From assembly GCA_951406725.2 (NCBI GenBank), contig OX597814.1, positions 111,476,001 to 111,540,000 of the forward strand: DNA of 64,000 nt. The letters are read 5' to 3'. Below the pieces are notes generated by a model, which searched no databases, was not told where the DNA came from, and was given only the letters and a program-made list of their open reading frames with translations. The DNA is from Octopus vulgaris (lineage: Eukaryota). Positions 63,924-64,000 of the stretch are shown here, one piece after another. The position numbers and the translations under genes are program-made. How positions within the stretch are numbered: the stretch's first letter is position 1; every line of letters starts with the position of its first letter.

Positions 63924-64000
63924 GACAAATATTAAACTTGAGTGGGTGTAAAGGGAGTGGAGGGCAACTGAGATGATATAACACTGCTCTTTTGTTTGAC

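Noticed and set aside
27527-64000. ZNRF exon 2 (KCPxCSK zinc finger) and RING exons
   Set aside because: Not found by eye; presumed beyond the window.

Overview
Eukaryotic, AT-rich, repeat-dense genomic DNA. The SINE/LINE repertoire and microsatellite load suggest an octopus (coleoid cephalopod) genome; this is an inference. One host gene is visible: the first coding exon of a ZNRF1/ZNRF2-like RING E3 ligase (27163-27526, +, myristoylation start MGAKQS). It lies in a CpG-retaining, repeat-poor zone with an E-box/CRE/Inr cluster at about 26.06 kb and is followed by an intron that runs past the window end. The rest is decayed RTE LINEs and their 3' tails, an R4/Dong-like RLE retrotransposon, Tx1, Penelope and Gypsy-integrase remnants, several tRNA-derived SINE families, MITEs and microsatellites. 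The most interesting signal is a set of short elements carrying type-I minimal hammerhead ribozyme cores (CTGAnGA-N-stemII-GAAA-...-UH). They comprise a tRNA-headed 'hammerhead SINE' that inserts in Penelope-style inverted/tandem configurations, and several unrelated fold-back elements, some of which appear to have copied nearby genomic DNA on insertion. A 2-kb TSD-flanked composite (tandem arrays plus an RTE tail) splits a Gypsy integrase remnant. All calls were read by eye and repeat boundaries are approximate.
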